Positions 20,520 to 31,039 of a DNA stretch of 64,000 nt are shown piece after piece. The stretch's first letter is position 1, and the number at the start of each line of letters is the position of its first letter. This DNA is from Lentisphaeria bacterium (GTDB lineage: Bacteria; Verrucomicrobiota; Lentisphaeria; JABSQK01; JAWLHB01): positions 62,001 through 126,000 of the forward strand of contig JAWLHB010000016.1 in NCBI GenBank assembly GCA_041690595.1. The letters run 5' to 3'. The position numbers and the translations under genes are program-made. Below the pieces are notes generated by a model. It was given only the letters and a program-made list of their open reading frames with translations, made no database searches and was not told the origin of the DNA.

Positions 20520-21401
20520 TTATGGTTTGGTCGAATCGTACATCTGGCGCACCTCACCGGATGAGAGAGCGCGCTTGAAGATGAGGACTTCGTCGATATA
20601 GCCTTGGAAATTGAAGCCGCTATTGGCATTTTCGCCGATACGACCAGTGATGACCGCTGCTTCGGCATTACGCAAAGACTTGTCAAACGATAGATCGAGT
20701 TTGGAATCCAGCATCTCGCCGTCCACAAAAATTTCCTTGCGCTTCCTCTCGCTGTCGTAAGTAGCGACAATCAGGTGCCAGTCGCCATTAGTGAGAGCCG
20801 GCAAAGTTGCTTGCATAGGATCTTCATTGCTGTCTGTCGCGGTATTCCAACGCACCGTGTCACCGTTGACGGAAAGCTCGAAGGCTTTCGGATCTGTATC
20901 CCACATGGAGACGAGTACCTGTGATCCGGTTTGATCGGTTCTGCACCAGGCAGCGACGGTCGCCGCGGGCCACTTTTCCGACTCTCTCCAGACGGTACCC
21001 AATTCCAGATAGCCGGTGGCACCAAACTTCATGAGGCTCTTGTCGCGGAAGCGGCCCTCCCTCTTGATTTCATCCTTGCCCGTCACCCACTCGGGAGGAT
21101 TCGTCGCGGACCTGGTCGCATCGAAGAGATCGGCGCGATAGGAGACGTCGTCGCTTCGGCCGGCGGCGAGATTGGCCACGGTATCTTCATCGTCCGGATC
21201 ATGCTGGAAGGTGTAATAGCGGGCGAGGTAGGGATCGGTGCGGATGTTGGCGCTGTAGGCTTGCCACCGGGTGACGGCTGCCTTCTTGCGCACGCCTCTG
21301 ACTCCGGCCAGCAGGGCGGCGGCCAAGACGGCGATAATGGCCAGGACGGTGAGTATCTCGATCATCGTGAAAGGTGACCGTCGGCTGCTGATCAGTTTCA
21401 T
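20520..21401 (-). CDS. Prepilin-type N-terminal domain protein fused to a LamG-like (ConA lectin) domain
   Basis: FTMIEILTVLAIIAVLAAALL; LamG motifs TVAAW, GDWHLIVATYD, IFVDG, FQGYIDEVLIFKRALS. Confidence 0.85.
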   Translation of the reverse strand: MKLISSRRSPFTMIEILTVLAIIAVLAAALLAGVRGVRKKAAVTRWQAYSANIRTDPYLARYYTFQHDPDDEDTVANLAAGRSDDVSYRADLFDATRSATNPPEWVTGKDEIKREGRFRDKSLMKFGATGYLELGTVWRESEKWPAATVAAWCRTDQTGSQVLVSMWDTDPKAFELSVNGDTVRWNTATDSNEDPMQATLPALTNGDWHLIVATYDSERKRKEIFVDGEMLDSKLDLSFDKSLRNAEAAVITGRIGENANSGFNFQGYIDEVLIFKRALSSGEVRQMYDSTKP

Positions 21402-21534
21402 GGCGCAACTCCCAAACAAGTTTAGATACGGGCACCCCGAGGCTTGTATACTATACGCTACGGGGGCGGCGTCGGCAAGGTGGAGCGGTGGTGTTTGTGT
21501 TCAGCGCGCGCGCGTGAGGGCGGCGTCTCGGGGC

Positions 21535-24084
21535 TCAGTTGGGCAGGCCGAGGGGCTGCTGGTTGAGGAGGTCACGGACCTTGATGAGGAGTTCGTCGGG
21601 GGTGAAGGGCTTCTGCAGATAGCGGTTGGTGTCGCGGAATGGCTGGGTGAGTTCGGAGACGCGTTCGTCGTATCCGCTGACGAGGAGGAGCCTGATGCGG
21701 GGATCGATGGCGTGGACTTCGCGGACGAGGTCGGTACCGCGCATGCCGGGCATGATGACATCGCTGATGACGAGGTGAATGGGTTCGGGTGCCTGGTTGA
21801 CGAGGTCGAGGGCATGTTCGCCGTTTTCGGCGGTGAGGACGGTATAGCCGGAAAGCTGGAGGACTTCAGCGATGAGGGAGCGCAGGGAGAAATCATCCTC
21901 GACGAGGAGGACGGTTTCGCTGCCGCCGGCATCCGCGGCGTCGGTTTTCTGGGGGGTGGACGGGGTGGAATCTTCGTTTCGGGCCATCGGTAGCCAGATG
22001 GTGAAGGTAGTACCGGCTCCGGGTTGGCTCTGGACGGTGATGTGCCCGCCGAACTGGTTGATAATGCCGTGGACCATGGCGAGGCCCAGCCCGGTGCCCT
22101 TGCCGCTCGTCTTGGTGGTGTAGAAGGGCTCGAAGATGTGTTGCATGGTGACCGGATCCATGCCGCTGCCGGTGTCGGTGACGTCGAGGCGCAGGTGGTC
22201 CCCCGGCTCGAGGAGGGAGCCGGCCGGGGGGGTGTGCAGGACGACGTGACGGGTCTGGATGGTGAGTTGCCCACCGGAGTCGGCGAGCGCGTCGCGGCCA
22301 TTGATGGCGAGGTTCATGATCACCTGGTCGAACTGGCCGGGATCCGCGTCGACCAGGTAGGGTCCCGGCCCCAGTTGGAGGAGGAGCCGCACATCTTCAC
22401 CGAGGAGGCGGACGAGCATGGTGGTACAGGTGGAGAGCTGCTGATTGGCGTCGAAGCGGGTGGTCTGAAGGACTTGGCGGCGACTGAAGGCGAGCAACTG
22501 ACTGGTGAGGCTGGTGGCCCTGGCGGCGGCATCCTCGATCTCGTCGAGGCGTCGGCGCTGCGCGGGTTCGAGGAGTTGCAGACCGAGCAGTTGCACCTGG
22601 CCGAGGATGACGGTGAGGAGGTTGTTGAAGTCGTGGGCGACGCCACCGGCGAGGCGACCGATGGACTCCATCTTCTGGGCTTGGAGCAGTTGGTCTTCGG
22701 CCTGTCTGCGGGCATTTTCGGCCTGGTGGACGTGGTGCTCCTGCTCGGCGGCGCGCAAGGCCATGGCAACATCATTGGCCATATCCTTGAGGATGTCGGT
22801 CTCGTCGCTGTCGCGGGTCATGCCGGAAGCCAGGTTGACAACGAGGAAGCCATGGAGGGTACCGGCGTGCAGCAGCTTGAGGCACTTGACGGTGTCGTCC
22901 TGATCGAAGCCAAAGCAGCTCCGACAGCAGTTGGGGTCGTTTTCGTGGGACTTGCGGTAACAGGGAACGATACCGCCGATCTGGAGGTGTTCGATGTCCT
23001 GACTGAAGCCGCCGCCGGAGCCGGCCACGGCATGAGCCAGAATGGCGCCTTCGGGGTTGGTACGGACGATGAGTGCCTGTTGATAACCGCGATGGCGCAC
23101 CAGCAGCTCGCAGGTACCGTCCAGCAATCGCTGCGTATCGCGCTCGTGCACGATGAGCTTGTTGATATCGCGTATGGCCAGGAGGACGCGGTTGAGGTGC
23201 GCGATGCGGTTGGTGGCGCGTTCGCGCGCGGTCACGTCCCAGTTGGCGCCGGTCATCCCGCAGATGCGTCCCCGCTCGTCGCGCTGCACGCCGCCATGGG
23301 CTTCGATGTGGCGGGTTTCGCCGTCGGGCCGCACGATGCGGAACTGGGCATGGAAGTCTTGTGAACTATCCAGGCAGGCGCGCACCAGATCGAGGACGCG
23401 CGGGCGATCATCCGGGTGAACCGCGGCGCGCCACTGGGCAGGGAGATCGGGAAGGCCGGGCTCGATGCCGTAGATGTCGAACATTCTGGAGTCCCACTCC
23501 AGGGTGGAGAGTTCGGCATCGGTGGCCCAGGTACCGATGGCGGCGGCATCGGTGGCGAGTTGAAGGCGGCGGGCGGTTCGGCGAATCTTGTTTTCAGTCC
23601 TGCGTTGCTCGGTTCGATCGATGCCGATGGCCAGGGTCGAAGCATCGGAGAGGCGGGAAAGAAGCCAGCGGGTCTGGAGCCGATTTCCGTTTCGGTGGAG
23701 CATGGGCGCTTCGAACCAGGCATCGTGGTCGGCCTGGGCGTTGCGGGAGATGCGCTGCCGGAGTTCGTCGCCGGGGAAGGCTTCTGCGAGGAGGTCGGGA
23801 TCGGGAGGGGAGTCGGGATCCCAGCCAAGGGTGTGTCGTACACAGTTGTTGAGGGAGGTAATCGTGCCGAGCGGATCGATAAGGATGATCATGGCGGGGA
23901 TCGTGTCAAGGAGACGATCGCGCAGCTCCGCGACGAGCCTGGATTCCGCCACCACTGACTTGATGTGCTCCTTGGCCGCCGCGACACGGCGACGCCGCAG
24001 GAGATGCAAGACAGCTTCGCTCAGAACCACCAGCACCAGCACGACCATGGCGTTCGCCGCCACGCTCTTCCAGATATCGGACAC
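21535..24084 (-). CDS. Hybrid sensor histidine kinase (TM-PAS-PAS-GAF-HisKA-HATPase-REC)
   Basis: QAQKMESIGRLAGGVAHDFNNLL, QVIMNLAINGRDA, FEPFYTTK..GKGTGLGLA, REC ETVLLVED..SDVIMP..LQKPF. GTG 24084 is the likely start; the ORF is open to 24336. Confidence 0.92.
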   Translation of the reverse strand: MSDIWKSVAANAMVVLVLVVLSEAVLHLLRRRRVAAAKEHIKSVVAESRLVAELRDRLLDTIPAMIILIDPLGTITSLNNCVRHTLGWDPDSPPDPDLLAEAFPGDELRQRISRNAQADHDAWFEAPMLHRNGNRLQTRWLLSRLSDASTLAIGIDRTEQRRTENKIRRTARRLQLATDAAAIGTWATDAELSTLEWDSRMFDIYGIEPGLPDLPAQWRAAVHPDDRPRVLDLVRACLDSSQDFHAQFRIVRPDGETRHIEAHGGVQRDERGRICGMTGANWDVTARERATNRIAHLNRVLLAIRDINKLIVHERDTQRLLDGTCELLVRHRGYQQALIVRTNPEGAILAHAVAGSGGGFSQDIEHLQIGGIVPCYRKSHENDPNCCRSCFGFDQDDTVKCLKLLHAGTLHGFLVVNLASGMTRDSDETDILKDMANDVAMALRAAEQEHHVHQAENARRQAEDQLLQAQKMESIGRLAGGVAHDFNNLLTVILGQVQLLGLQLLEPAQRRRLDEIEDAAARATSLTSQLLAFSRRQVLQTTRFDANQQLSTCTTMLVRLLGEDVRLLLQLGPGPYLVDADPGQFDQVIMNLAINGRDALADSGGQLTIQTRHVVLHTPPAGSLLEPGDHLRLDVTDTGSGMDPVTMQHIFEPFYTTKTSGKGTGLGLAMVHGIINQFGGHITVQSQPGAGTTFTIWLPMARNEDSTPSTPQKTDAADAGGSETVLLVEDDFSLRSLIAEVLQLSGYTVLTAENGEHALDLVNQAPEPIHLVISDVIMPGMRGTDLVREVHAIDPRIRLLLVSGYDERVSELTQPFRDTNRYLQKPFTPDELLIKVRDLLNQQPLGLPN

Positions 24085-24517
24085 TCGCCTGCCCCCCGTT
24101 CCGAATGTACCCGCACAGTCTGGGAAAGATATCCGGCGTTTCCGGTAGTACAACCCCCTATCGTAAATCGTAATTGTGCCCAACCTGATGTGGTGAGAAC
24201 TGCCGGTCTGCGGCCGTTCAGACTCAACTGTCGCGATCTTCTTACAGTTGGCGGCCGCTGAACGAACGGGCCCTCCTTGCTCAGGGCTCTCCCTCACGGC
24301 TTGCACCTTCCGGTTGCCAGGGGGGCATACGTGCATCCTCCTACCGAGGTGTCGGATTTGTCCTACAAAATCAACCAGAAGAAGGCTTCGGCCTTTACAG
24401 GAGCGCGATAAGTGAAAAGGATTCTTTACAGTTGGGGCCGTCGGTTTGGCATACTGATCACTTGGCTGGCCAGCGCTTAGCCCCGGTTTGAGCGCAGGAG
24501 GTGACGCGGAGCCTCTC

Positions 24518-24534
24518 TTGGCACATGCATTGCT
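24518..24534 (+). promoter_or_regulatory. Sigma54 (-24/-12) promoter
   Basis: TTGGCAC-ATGCA-TTGCT exactly matches TGGCAC-N5-TTGC, about 80-110 bp upstream of the glycosyltransferase start. Confidence 0.78.
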
Positions 24535-24612
24535 ATAGAAGCTTCTGCAAACGCGGGCGGCATTTTGTGCGGTCTTCGCTTCGGGGGCGTAAACGCGGTA
24601 CGCAGAATATTA

Positions 24613-25773
24613 ATGAATAACGCCAAGCAGAGGGTTCCCTTACTCATGACCACTACAGACTCACTGGATATTGTATTTCTGGGAATGTCGATGACATCGC
24701 AGTGGCGCAACGATCACGCCAGAATTTACCGGGCATTGGTACGGGAACTGGATGAGCATGGCCATCGGGTGCTCTTTCTGGAAAAGGACAGCAAGCGCTT
24801 CGCGAAGCGCCGGGATCTGCCTCGCCCGCCCTATGGCAATACCCGCCTGTACAAGAACCTGACGCACCTGCGCGATACCTACTCGGAGCAGGTGCGGCAA
24901 GCTGACGTGGTCATTGTCGGATCCTGCCTGGAAAATGGCATCGAGATCGGCGACTGGGTGCAGCAGACGTCGTATGGGGTGACAGCCTTCTACGACATCG
25001 AGCCCCTGGAGACCTTCCGCCAGCTGCGGGCCAGGAAGCCGACCTATCTGCTGCCGGAGCAGGTGAGCCGGTATGATCTCTACCTCTCCTGCGTGGGCGG
25101 CCCCGTCCTCAAGATACTGGAGAACATTTATCATTCGCCGATGGCGCGGGCGCTGTATTGCGCGGCCGACATCGACAACTTTTACCCGGAGTTGCAGAAG
25201 AAGGAGTGGGATCTCGGTTACCTTGGGGACTACAACCGGGATCAGCTGGATATCCTCGACTCGCTGCTCGTGGAAGCGTCCCGCCACTGGCTGGATGGCG
25301 ACTTTTCGATCGTCGGGCTGCAGTACCCGCAGGATCTGGATTGGCCACCGCATGTGCGGATGACGAAGCGGACGCCGGAAGACGACACTCGCGCCTACTA
25401 CAACTCGCAGAGCTTCAGCCTGAACATCACGGATGCGGCGCTGCGCAAGTGTGGCTGGGCGCCAACCGTGCGTCTCTTCGACGCGGCGGCGTGCGGGGTG
25501 CCGGTGATTACGGACGACTGGCCCGGCATTCATGCCATTTTCGAACCCGGGAGTGAGATTCTGGTCAGCCGCAGCCATGAAGATACGTTGCGGTACATAC
25601 GCCTGATGTCGCCGAATGAGCGTGAAGCGGTCGGCATCCGGGCGCTTCACCGGATCTACAACGAGCATCTGCCCGTGCATCGGGCGCAGACACTCGAGGC
25701 GCATGTGCGCAGCGTTGCCGATGTGAAAGCACGCGAGCGCATTCACCAGCGCGTGGCCGTCCTGGCAAGTTAG
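24613..25773 (+). CDS. CgeB/YkvP-family GT-B glycosyltransferase
   Basis: S.W.N.HA..YRALVREL...GHRVLFLE, AFYDI, WDLGYLG.Y..D, Y.S....LNIT, PTVRLFDAAACG.PVITDDWPG...FEPGSEI. The start may be 24613 or 24646. Confidence 0.82.
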   Translation: MNNAKQRVPLLMTTTDSLDIVFLGMSMTSQWRNDHARIYRALVRELDEHGHRVLFLEKDSKRFAKRRDLPRPPYGNTRLYKNLTHLRDTYSEQVRQADVVIVGSCLENGIEIGDWVQQTSYGVTAFYDIEPLETFRQLRARKPTYLLPEQVSRYDLYLSCVGGPVLKILENIYHSPMARALYCAADIDNFYPELQKKEWDLGYLGDYNRDQLDILDSLLVEASRHWLDGDFSIVGLQYPQDLDWPPHVRMTKRTPEDDTRAYYNSQSFSLNITDAALRKCGWAPTVRLFDAAACGVPVITDDWPGIHAIFEPGSEILVSRSHEDTLRYIRLMSPNEREAVGIRALHRIYNEHLPVHRAQTLEAHVRSVADVKARERIHQRVAVLAS

Positions 25774-25812
25774 GATTCCCAACCTGCCGACGAGTCGGCA
25801 GGCATCTGAAAG

Positions 25813-25847
25813 ACACGCTCCCTCCCGCCCGGGGGAGCGTGTTTTTT
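25813..25847 (+). terminator. Rho-independent terminator
   Basis: acacgctccc...gggagcgtgt hairpin followed by a T-tract, 40 bp after the stop codon. Confidence 0.8.
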
Positions 25848-25860
25848 ATGTCTGGGCGAC

Positions 25861-25888
25861 TTGACTTTTGAGTTATATAAAGTATGGT
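25861..25888 (+). promoter_or_regulatory. Putative sigma70 promoter facing the repeat array
   Basis: TTGACT-N16-TATGGT in an AT-rich patch. Confidence 0.45.
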
Positions 25889-26009
25889 ATTTTTTTGATT
25901 GGTCCAAGGGGGATGGGGCAAATGGACGAAACGGACGAAACGGACAGAACGGACAAACACAAGATGCGGGCAGCGGGGAAGGGGATGATGCTGACGGTGG
26001 TGGAAGCAG

Positions 26010-26570
26010 GCCGACCGACATTTCGACCGAGGTTTTCGGAAGCGCAAAGCACACGGACGGACATGGACGGACACGGACAGCAGGGCCGACCGACATTTCG
26101 ACCGAGGTTTTCGGAAGCGCAAAGCACACGGACGGACACGGACAGCAGGGCCGACCGACATTTCAACCGAGGTTTTTCGGAAGCGCAAAGCACACGGACG
26201 TACATGGACGGACACGGACAGACACTTCAGGAGGCATACGCGGACCGAGCTTTCGACCGAGGTTTTCAGGGGCGAGGTCTTCGGAAGCGCGAAGCACACG
26301 GACGAACGGGGACAGAGACGGACGGACCGAGCTTTCGACCGAGGTTTTGGGGAGCAGGAAGCACGCTGGCGACAGGCAACCTCCAACGCCGGAGCCACTC
26401 AGGAGAGTGGCGTGCCCAGGAAAGCGGCACTGGAGAGCAGGGTTTTGGGAGCTGGAAGCACGCTGGCGTCAGGAAATCTTCAACGCCGGAGTCCGTCGGT
26501 GGACGGACGTAGCCGCCCTTCAGGGGAGTGGCGTGCCCAGGGAAGCGGCACTGGAAAGCGGGCTTTTGGA
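26010..26570 (+). repeat. Composite degenerate tandem-repeat array
   Basis: Five units with core gaccgaNNtttcgaccgaggtttt...gaagcgcaaagcacacggac (starts near 26010, 26085, 26150, 26243, 26325). They grade into two copies of a ~100-125 bp unit ggttttggg..gaagcacgctggcg...gagtggcgtgcccagg.aagcggcactgga (26343, 26441). Confidence 0.9.
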
Positions 26571-26588
26571 AAAAGTGGAAAAAGGTTG

Positions 26589-26640
26589 TTGACGGGGATG
26601 TCGAGGGGGGTATATATTGCGTTGTGTTACCGATAACACA
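26589..26640 (+). promoter_or_regulatory. Sigma70-like promoter and palindromic operator of the GntR-LacI gene
   Basis: TTGACG-N16/18-TATATATT followed by tgtgtta-ccga-taacaca (26623-26640). Confidence 0.6.
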
Positions 26641-26682
26641 CTGTGCTACGTGATCAAACAGCCAGTTGAGGATGGTTTGTCC

Positions 26683-27816
26683 ATGGCCGCAACAGCCACG
26701 ATGGTGGAACGCACATCGCAATATGCCGCGCTGGCGGGGACGTTGCGTCACATGATACTGGACGGTCGCTTTCTTCCTCATGAGCCGCTGCCGTCGATTC
26801 GTGAGCTTTCGGATCGTCACGGTGTCGGGGTGCAGGTGGTGCGGAGCGCGCTTGGGCAGCTGATGGAGGAGGGGCTGGTCTATCGCCGGGAAGGGCGCGG
26901 CACCTTCGTTGGGCTGCGCAACGAGACTGGCGGGGAGTCGGTTGTAAGGCCCGCGTTGCGCTGCATCACCTTTGTGGAGCGTCCATCGGGGACATCACCG
27001 GGTTTCGTGCGAACGGGGTATCTGCAGGGTTATACGGAAGTGCTGGAGTCTCTGGACACGAAGATGCGTATTCTGCCGTGCCCGGAACCTGAAGAGGCGA
27101 TCGAGGACCTGCTGAGTCCGAACTATCCGTACCAGGAGCAGGGTGTGGTTCTGATCAATCTGCTGTCGGGGCCGCTGATGCAGAAGCTGGCGGATCACCA
27201 GGTGCCGTTTGTGGTGCAGAGCAACAAGGCGTACGACCGGCTGAATTATCCGCCGCATCATGGGGTGTACATCAACAAGGTGCATGGGGGCTTCGAGGCG
27301 ACTCGGTACCTGCTGAGCCTGGGGCATGAACGGATCGGTTTCATCGGGGCGGTACCGAGGGACCAGAGCTGGTCGCACGATGTCTACGGCGGATATCAGA
27401 GCGCGCTGGCCTGCGGCGGTTACGTGGTGCACAACCAGGATGTGCTCGATTTCGGCACCAATGAGCTGGCGATGGCGATCGGCCCGGTGCGCGACTTTCT
27501 GAACCGGTCGGATCTGCCGACGGCTTTCATGACGCAGAACGACACGCTGGCGCTGGCGGTGCTGGCGGCGGCCAGGCAGCTTGGGCTGAGGGTGCCGCGG
27601 GATCTGAGCGTCGTCGGCTTCGACGATCTGCCGGAGTCGGAACAGAGCGATCCGCCGCTGACGACTGTGGCGAATCCACGGGTGCGGCTGGGGCGAATCG
27701 CGGTGGAGATGCTCCTGAAGGCCAGCACGGGCGTCTTTACGGAACCGCAGTCACGGGCAATGGAGGGTTGCCTGGTGATGCGTGCGAGCGCGGGAGCAGC
27801 GGCACGCAAAGGTTGA
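26683..27816 (+). CDS. GntR-wHTH / LacI-type sugar-binding hybrid regulator (AraR-like)
   Basis: LPSIRELSDRHGVG...VRSAL..L..EGLVYRREGRGTFV; LGHERIGFIG, PTAF..ND.LA, VPRDLSVVGFDD, PPLTTV. Confidence 0.9.
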   Translation: MAATATMVERTSQYAALAGTLRHMILDGRFLPHEPLPSIRELSDRHGVGVQVVRSALGQLMEEGLVYRREGRGTFVGLRNETGGESVVRPALRCITFVERPSGTSPGFVRTGYLQGYTEVLESLDTKMRILPCPEPEEAIEDLLSPNYPYQEQGVVLINLLSGPLMQKLADHQVPFVVQSNKAYDRLNYPPHHGVYINKVHGGFEATRYLLSLGHERIGFIGAVPRDQSWSHDVYGGYQSALACGGYVVHNQDVLDFGTNELAMAIGPVRDFLNRSDLPTAFMTQNDTLALAVLAAARQLGLRVPRDLSVVGFDDLPESEQSDPPLTTVANPRVRLGRIAVEMLLKASTGVFTEPQSRAMEGCLVMRASAGAAARKG

Positions 27817-27930
27817 TCATGTCGGTACGGTGATGCGCATCGCCAACAGGAGCAGAGTATGGCAGTTTTGACAGCGAGCAAATGGGAACGTCATGCAAAA
27901 GATCGAACGTCAGTATGCAAAGGAGCCAGG

Positions 27931-28647
27931 ATGATGAATGCGAATCTGATGGAAAGTGGAGAGCACTCAGCGCCCGCGGGTCGGAGCCGGGCATTCACGC
28001 TGATCGAGTTACTGGTCGTGGTGGCGATAATTGCCATACTGGCTTCCATGCTACTGCCGGCGCTTTCGAAGGCGCGGGACAAGGCGCGTCAGGCGGTGTG
28101 TCAGAACCTGCTCAAACAGCAGGGTCAAGGGTGGCACCTGTACTGTGATGATTTTGACGGTTACTTCCCGGAGGTCACCGCACCCAATCCCTTCTGGAGT
28201 TGGCCGAACCTGGTGAAGCCGTATCTGGGCGGCAAGTACGACACAACGACGGTCGACGCGAAGATCCGCGAGAACAGCAAACTCTATCTGTGCCCGCAGG
28301 ACGAAACGCCGCTCAAGCTGGCGGGGCCGTGGCCCGGACCGGTCTTGCCCTACGTCTACACGATGGTCTCGTACGCCGCCGATCAGAGCATGTGTGACTG
28401 GACCTTCACACCGCGCAAGATCGACGCAGTGCCGAACACCAGCAATACGCTGATGCTGACGGATGCCAACTACTTCCGCTTCGCCGGCTACGAGGGGAAT
28501 GCGGCCACCGGGCACTGGCTGTACGACTCCTTCACGAAGCTGGACGATGTCGCGGAGTCGCGACACAGCGGTGGTGTCAACGTCCTCTTCGTGGATGGTC
28601 ATGTCCAGGGCGTGAAACGCATCGACAAGGGAACGATCTTCAAGTGA
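27931..28647 (+). CDS. Prepilin-type N-terminal cleavage/methylation protein with H-X9-DG motif (DUF1559-like)
   Basis: [40 protein letters not shown]....[23 protein letters not shown]. Confidence 0.9.
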   Translation: MMNANLMESGEHSAPAGRSRAFTLIELLVVVAIIAILASMLLPALSKARDKARQAVCQNLLKQQGQGWHLYCDDFDGYFPEVTAPNPFWSWPNLVKPYLGGKYDTTTVDAKIRENSKLYLCPQDETPLKLAGPWPGPVLPYVYTMVSYAADQSMCDWTFTPRKIDAVPNTSNTLMLTDANYFRFAGYEGNAATGHWLYDSFTKLDDVAESRHSGGVNVLFVDGHVQGVKRIDKGTIFK

Positions 28648-31013
28648 TGAGAATTCTGACATTGGTTCTGTTGGCGATCACGCTTGTACTGGAGGCGGCG
28701 ACGCTGGAGGTGGAGGTCGCGCGCTGTGTCATCATTCAGGCGGCAGACGCGGAAGCTCCGCAACAGGAAGCCGCGGCCGAGTTGCGCAAGCACCTCACGC
28801 TGATCGGTGGCACCGAGGTGCCGATTCTGGCCCCGGCCGCGGAACGGCCCGCCGGCAGCTATCCGCTCCATGTGGGAGTGCGGGCGCCGGGAGACGAACG
28901 CCCCCTCGTTGCCGAGGAGGCGCGCTGGGTGATCGAGGACGAAGGAGCCTGGTTCTATGGCGACCGCGAGAGGTATGGCGATGGGGCACGCTTTGCGGTC
29001 TATGCCTTTCTGGAAGAACAGCTGGGAGTCCGCTGGCTGGAACCTGGAGACGCGGGGATCGCCTTCAAGGAGCAGGCCACGCTGCAGCTGACGACCGGGG
29101 CTTACGAGTGGGTGCCGCAACTTGTCTTCCGCAAGATTCGGCAGAGCATCCGCCACAACAGCCCGCATCGGCCGATCGGTTTTCCGTCGACGGATGCCTT
29201 TCTGCTGTCGATGGAGGAGCATAATGCGCGGGTGGCGGATGAGGTGGTATGGCAGAAGCGGATGCGCATGGGTGGATCGCGGCCAGGTGGCGGGCACGCC
29301 TTCCATGACTGGTGGGAGAAGTATGGAGGGAGCAAGCCGGAGTACTTTGCGCTGAACAAGCACGGCAAGCGCGAACCGATTCCGCTGCCGAAGGCCCACC
29401 AGACCAATGCCTTCATCAAGATCTGCCCGAGCAATCCCGAGGTCGCCGACCAGCTCATCGCGAACTGGCTGCCCAGGCAGCAGGTGACTCAGTACATCAG
29501 CACGGGTCCTAATGACGGCCACAACTTCTGCGAGTGCGCGGCTTGCCTGGCGCTCGATGTGCGCGAGGAGGGTGAAGCGTTTCCCGGACACCTGACGGAT
29601 CGCTATGTACACCTGACCAATATCGTTGCGCGAAAGGCGCGTGAGCATCGGGCGGATGCATATGCGACGCTGTATGCGTATCTGACGACGCTCTATCCGC
29701 CACGCCGGCTGAAGGTGGAGCCGAATGTGGTTGTCCAGATCGTGCCGTACGTGATCCCGCTGAAGCTGTCGATCAACCGGGAGCTTTTCCGCGGCTGGAA
29801 GGAAGCCGGGGCGACGAAGCTGGCGCTGCGGCCGAACTATCATCACAAGTATATGGCGGGGTCGCTGCCGCTGGGTGTGGAAAAGCAAATGTTCGACATC
29901 TTTCAGCAGGCCGTGGAGAACGGGACGATTTCGGCCGATTACGACATGCTGATGGGGAACTGGGCGGTGACGGGGATGGCGGACTACATCCTGGCGAAAG
30001 CGATGGCGGAGCCGTCGAAGCCGTTCGAGTACTGGGAAGATCACTATTGCGAGGGCTATGGCGCGGCCGCTGAAGAGGTGAAGGCGTACTTTCGCTACTG
30101 GCGGGAGGCGGTGTGGGAGGAGCGCCTTCTGCCGGCGATCGACACGATCAGCGACGCGGGAAAGTCCGGGTTCTTCGTGCGCGGCCTGATGTGGACGATC
30201 GGGGACAATGATTACTACCGGGTTGCCGACTTCGACCGGACGGACGCCCTGTTACGGGCAGCGGCGGCGAAAGAGTTGAGCGCGAGAGAGCGTAGCAGCC
30301 TGGAGCAACTGATCCTGGCGAATCAGCATGCGCGTCTGGTCTACCATGCCTCGACCTCAAAAAGGGAAGAGCGCTACGAGCAGACACGGCAACTGGTGGC
30401 CTTCCGCGAGAAACACCACGGAACGCTGCGGCTGTCGTGGGTACGCCTGATCGGGTTGGAAGATCGGTACAACTGGACGGCGGTGCGAGAGGTGGAGCAG
30501 TTGAAAGGTTACCCGCCACCCTGGGTGGAAGCCGGCCTGACCTGGAATTTTCGCATGGACCCCGACGCGGTTGGCCTGAACGAGAAGTGGTACAGGTTGA
30601 CAGCCGAGGAGACCACATCCTGGGATCGGCTGCGCACCGACAATTTCTGGGAACGGGCCTACGACAGCGAGACGGATCCGGAGCTGCGCGGCAAGTTGGC
30701 GGCGTATGACGGGGCTGCCTGGTACTTTTCCCGCCTGATGATTCCGGCGGAGATGAAGGGACGGGAGATCGTTCTGCTCTTTGGCGGTGTGGGCGACAGT
30801 TGCCAGCTATACGTCAACGGAGAACCGACCGGCTCGTATTCGGTGGAGTCGGAAGCGGGCAAGACGCGGCCCTTCGCGCTGCGGATCGATCCCGCCATCG
30901 ACTGGAGCAAGGGTTTCCAGGAGATCTGCGTGCGGGTGGAGAATCGTGAAGGGCTGGGTGGCATCACCAACCGCATCTGGCTGGTCTCCAAATCAGGTAC
31001 CGGTGCGGAATGA
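28644..31013 (+). CDS. Secreted DUF4838-like protein with C-terminal GH2-N-type galactose-binding-like domain (paralog 1)
   Basis: Signal peptide; [46 protein letters not shown]-terminal YDGAAWY...LLFGGV....LYVNG. Confidence 0.75.
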   Translation: MMRILTLVLLAITLVLEAATLEVEVARCVIIQAADAEAPQQEAAAELRKHLTLIGGTEVPILAPAAERPAGSYPLHVGVRAPGDERPLVAEEARWVIEDEGAWFYGDRERYGDGARFAVYAFLEEQLGVRWLEPGDAGIAFKEQATLQLTTGAYEWVPQLVFRKIRQSIRHNSPHRPIGFPSTDAFLLSMEEHNARVADEVVWQKRMRMGGSRPGGGHAFHDWWEKYGGSKPEYFALNKHGKREPIPLPKAHQTNAFIKICPSNPEVADQLIANWLPRQQVTQYISTGPNDGHNFCECAACLALDVREEGEAFPGHLTDRYVHLTNIVARKAREHRADAYATLYAYLTTLYPPRRLKVEPNVVVQIVPYVIPLKLSINRELFRGWKEAGATKLALRPNYHHKYMAGSLPLGVEKQMFDIFQQAVENGTISADYDMLMGNWAVTGMADYILAKAMAEPSKPFEYWEDHYCEGYGAAAEEVKAYFRYWREAVWEERLLPAIDTISDAGKSGFFVRGLMWTIGDNDYYRVADFDRTDALLRAAAAKELSARERSSLEQLILANQHARLVYHASTSKREERYEQTRQLVAFREKHHGTLRLSWVRLIGLEDRYNWTAVREVEQLKGYPPPWVEAGLTWNFRMDPDAVGLNEKWYRLTAEETTSWDRLRTDNFWERAYDSETDPELRGKLAAYDGAAWYFSRLMIPAEMKGREIVLLFGGVGDSCQLYVNGEPTGSYSVESEAGKTRPFALRIDPAIDWSKGFQEICVRVENREGLGGITNRIWLVSKSGTGAE

Positions 31014-31039
31014 AGCGTCAAATAAAGGGAAAGTTTCAA

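Noticed and set aside
25866..25900. dif site explaining the skew change
   Set aside because: The AT-rich patch lacks the TTATGTTAAA-like XerD arm and fits a sigma70 promoter better.
26010..26340. CRISPR array
   Set aside because: The interspaces are themselves repeated 10-mers of variable number, the units degrade progressively, and there are no cas genes.
25565..26592. Several overlapping ORFs across the repeat array, and likewise 18878-19576
   Set aside because: Several frames on both strands are open only because the repeat units lack stop codons. There are no protein motifs.
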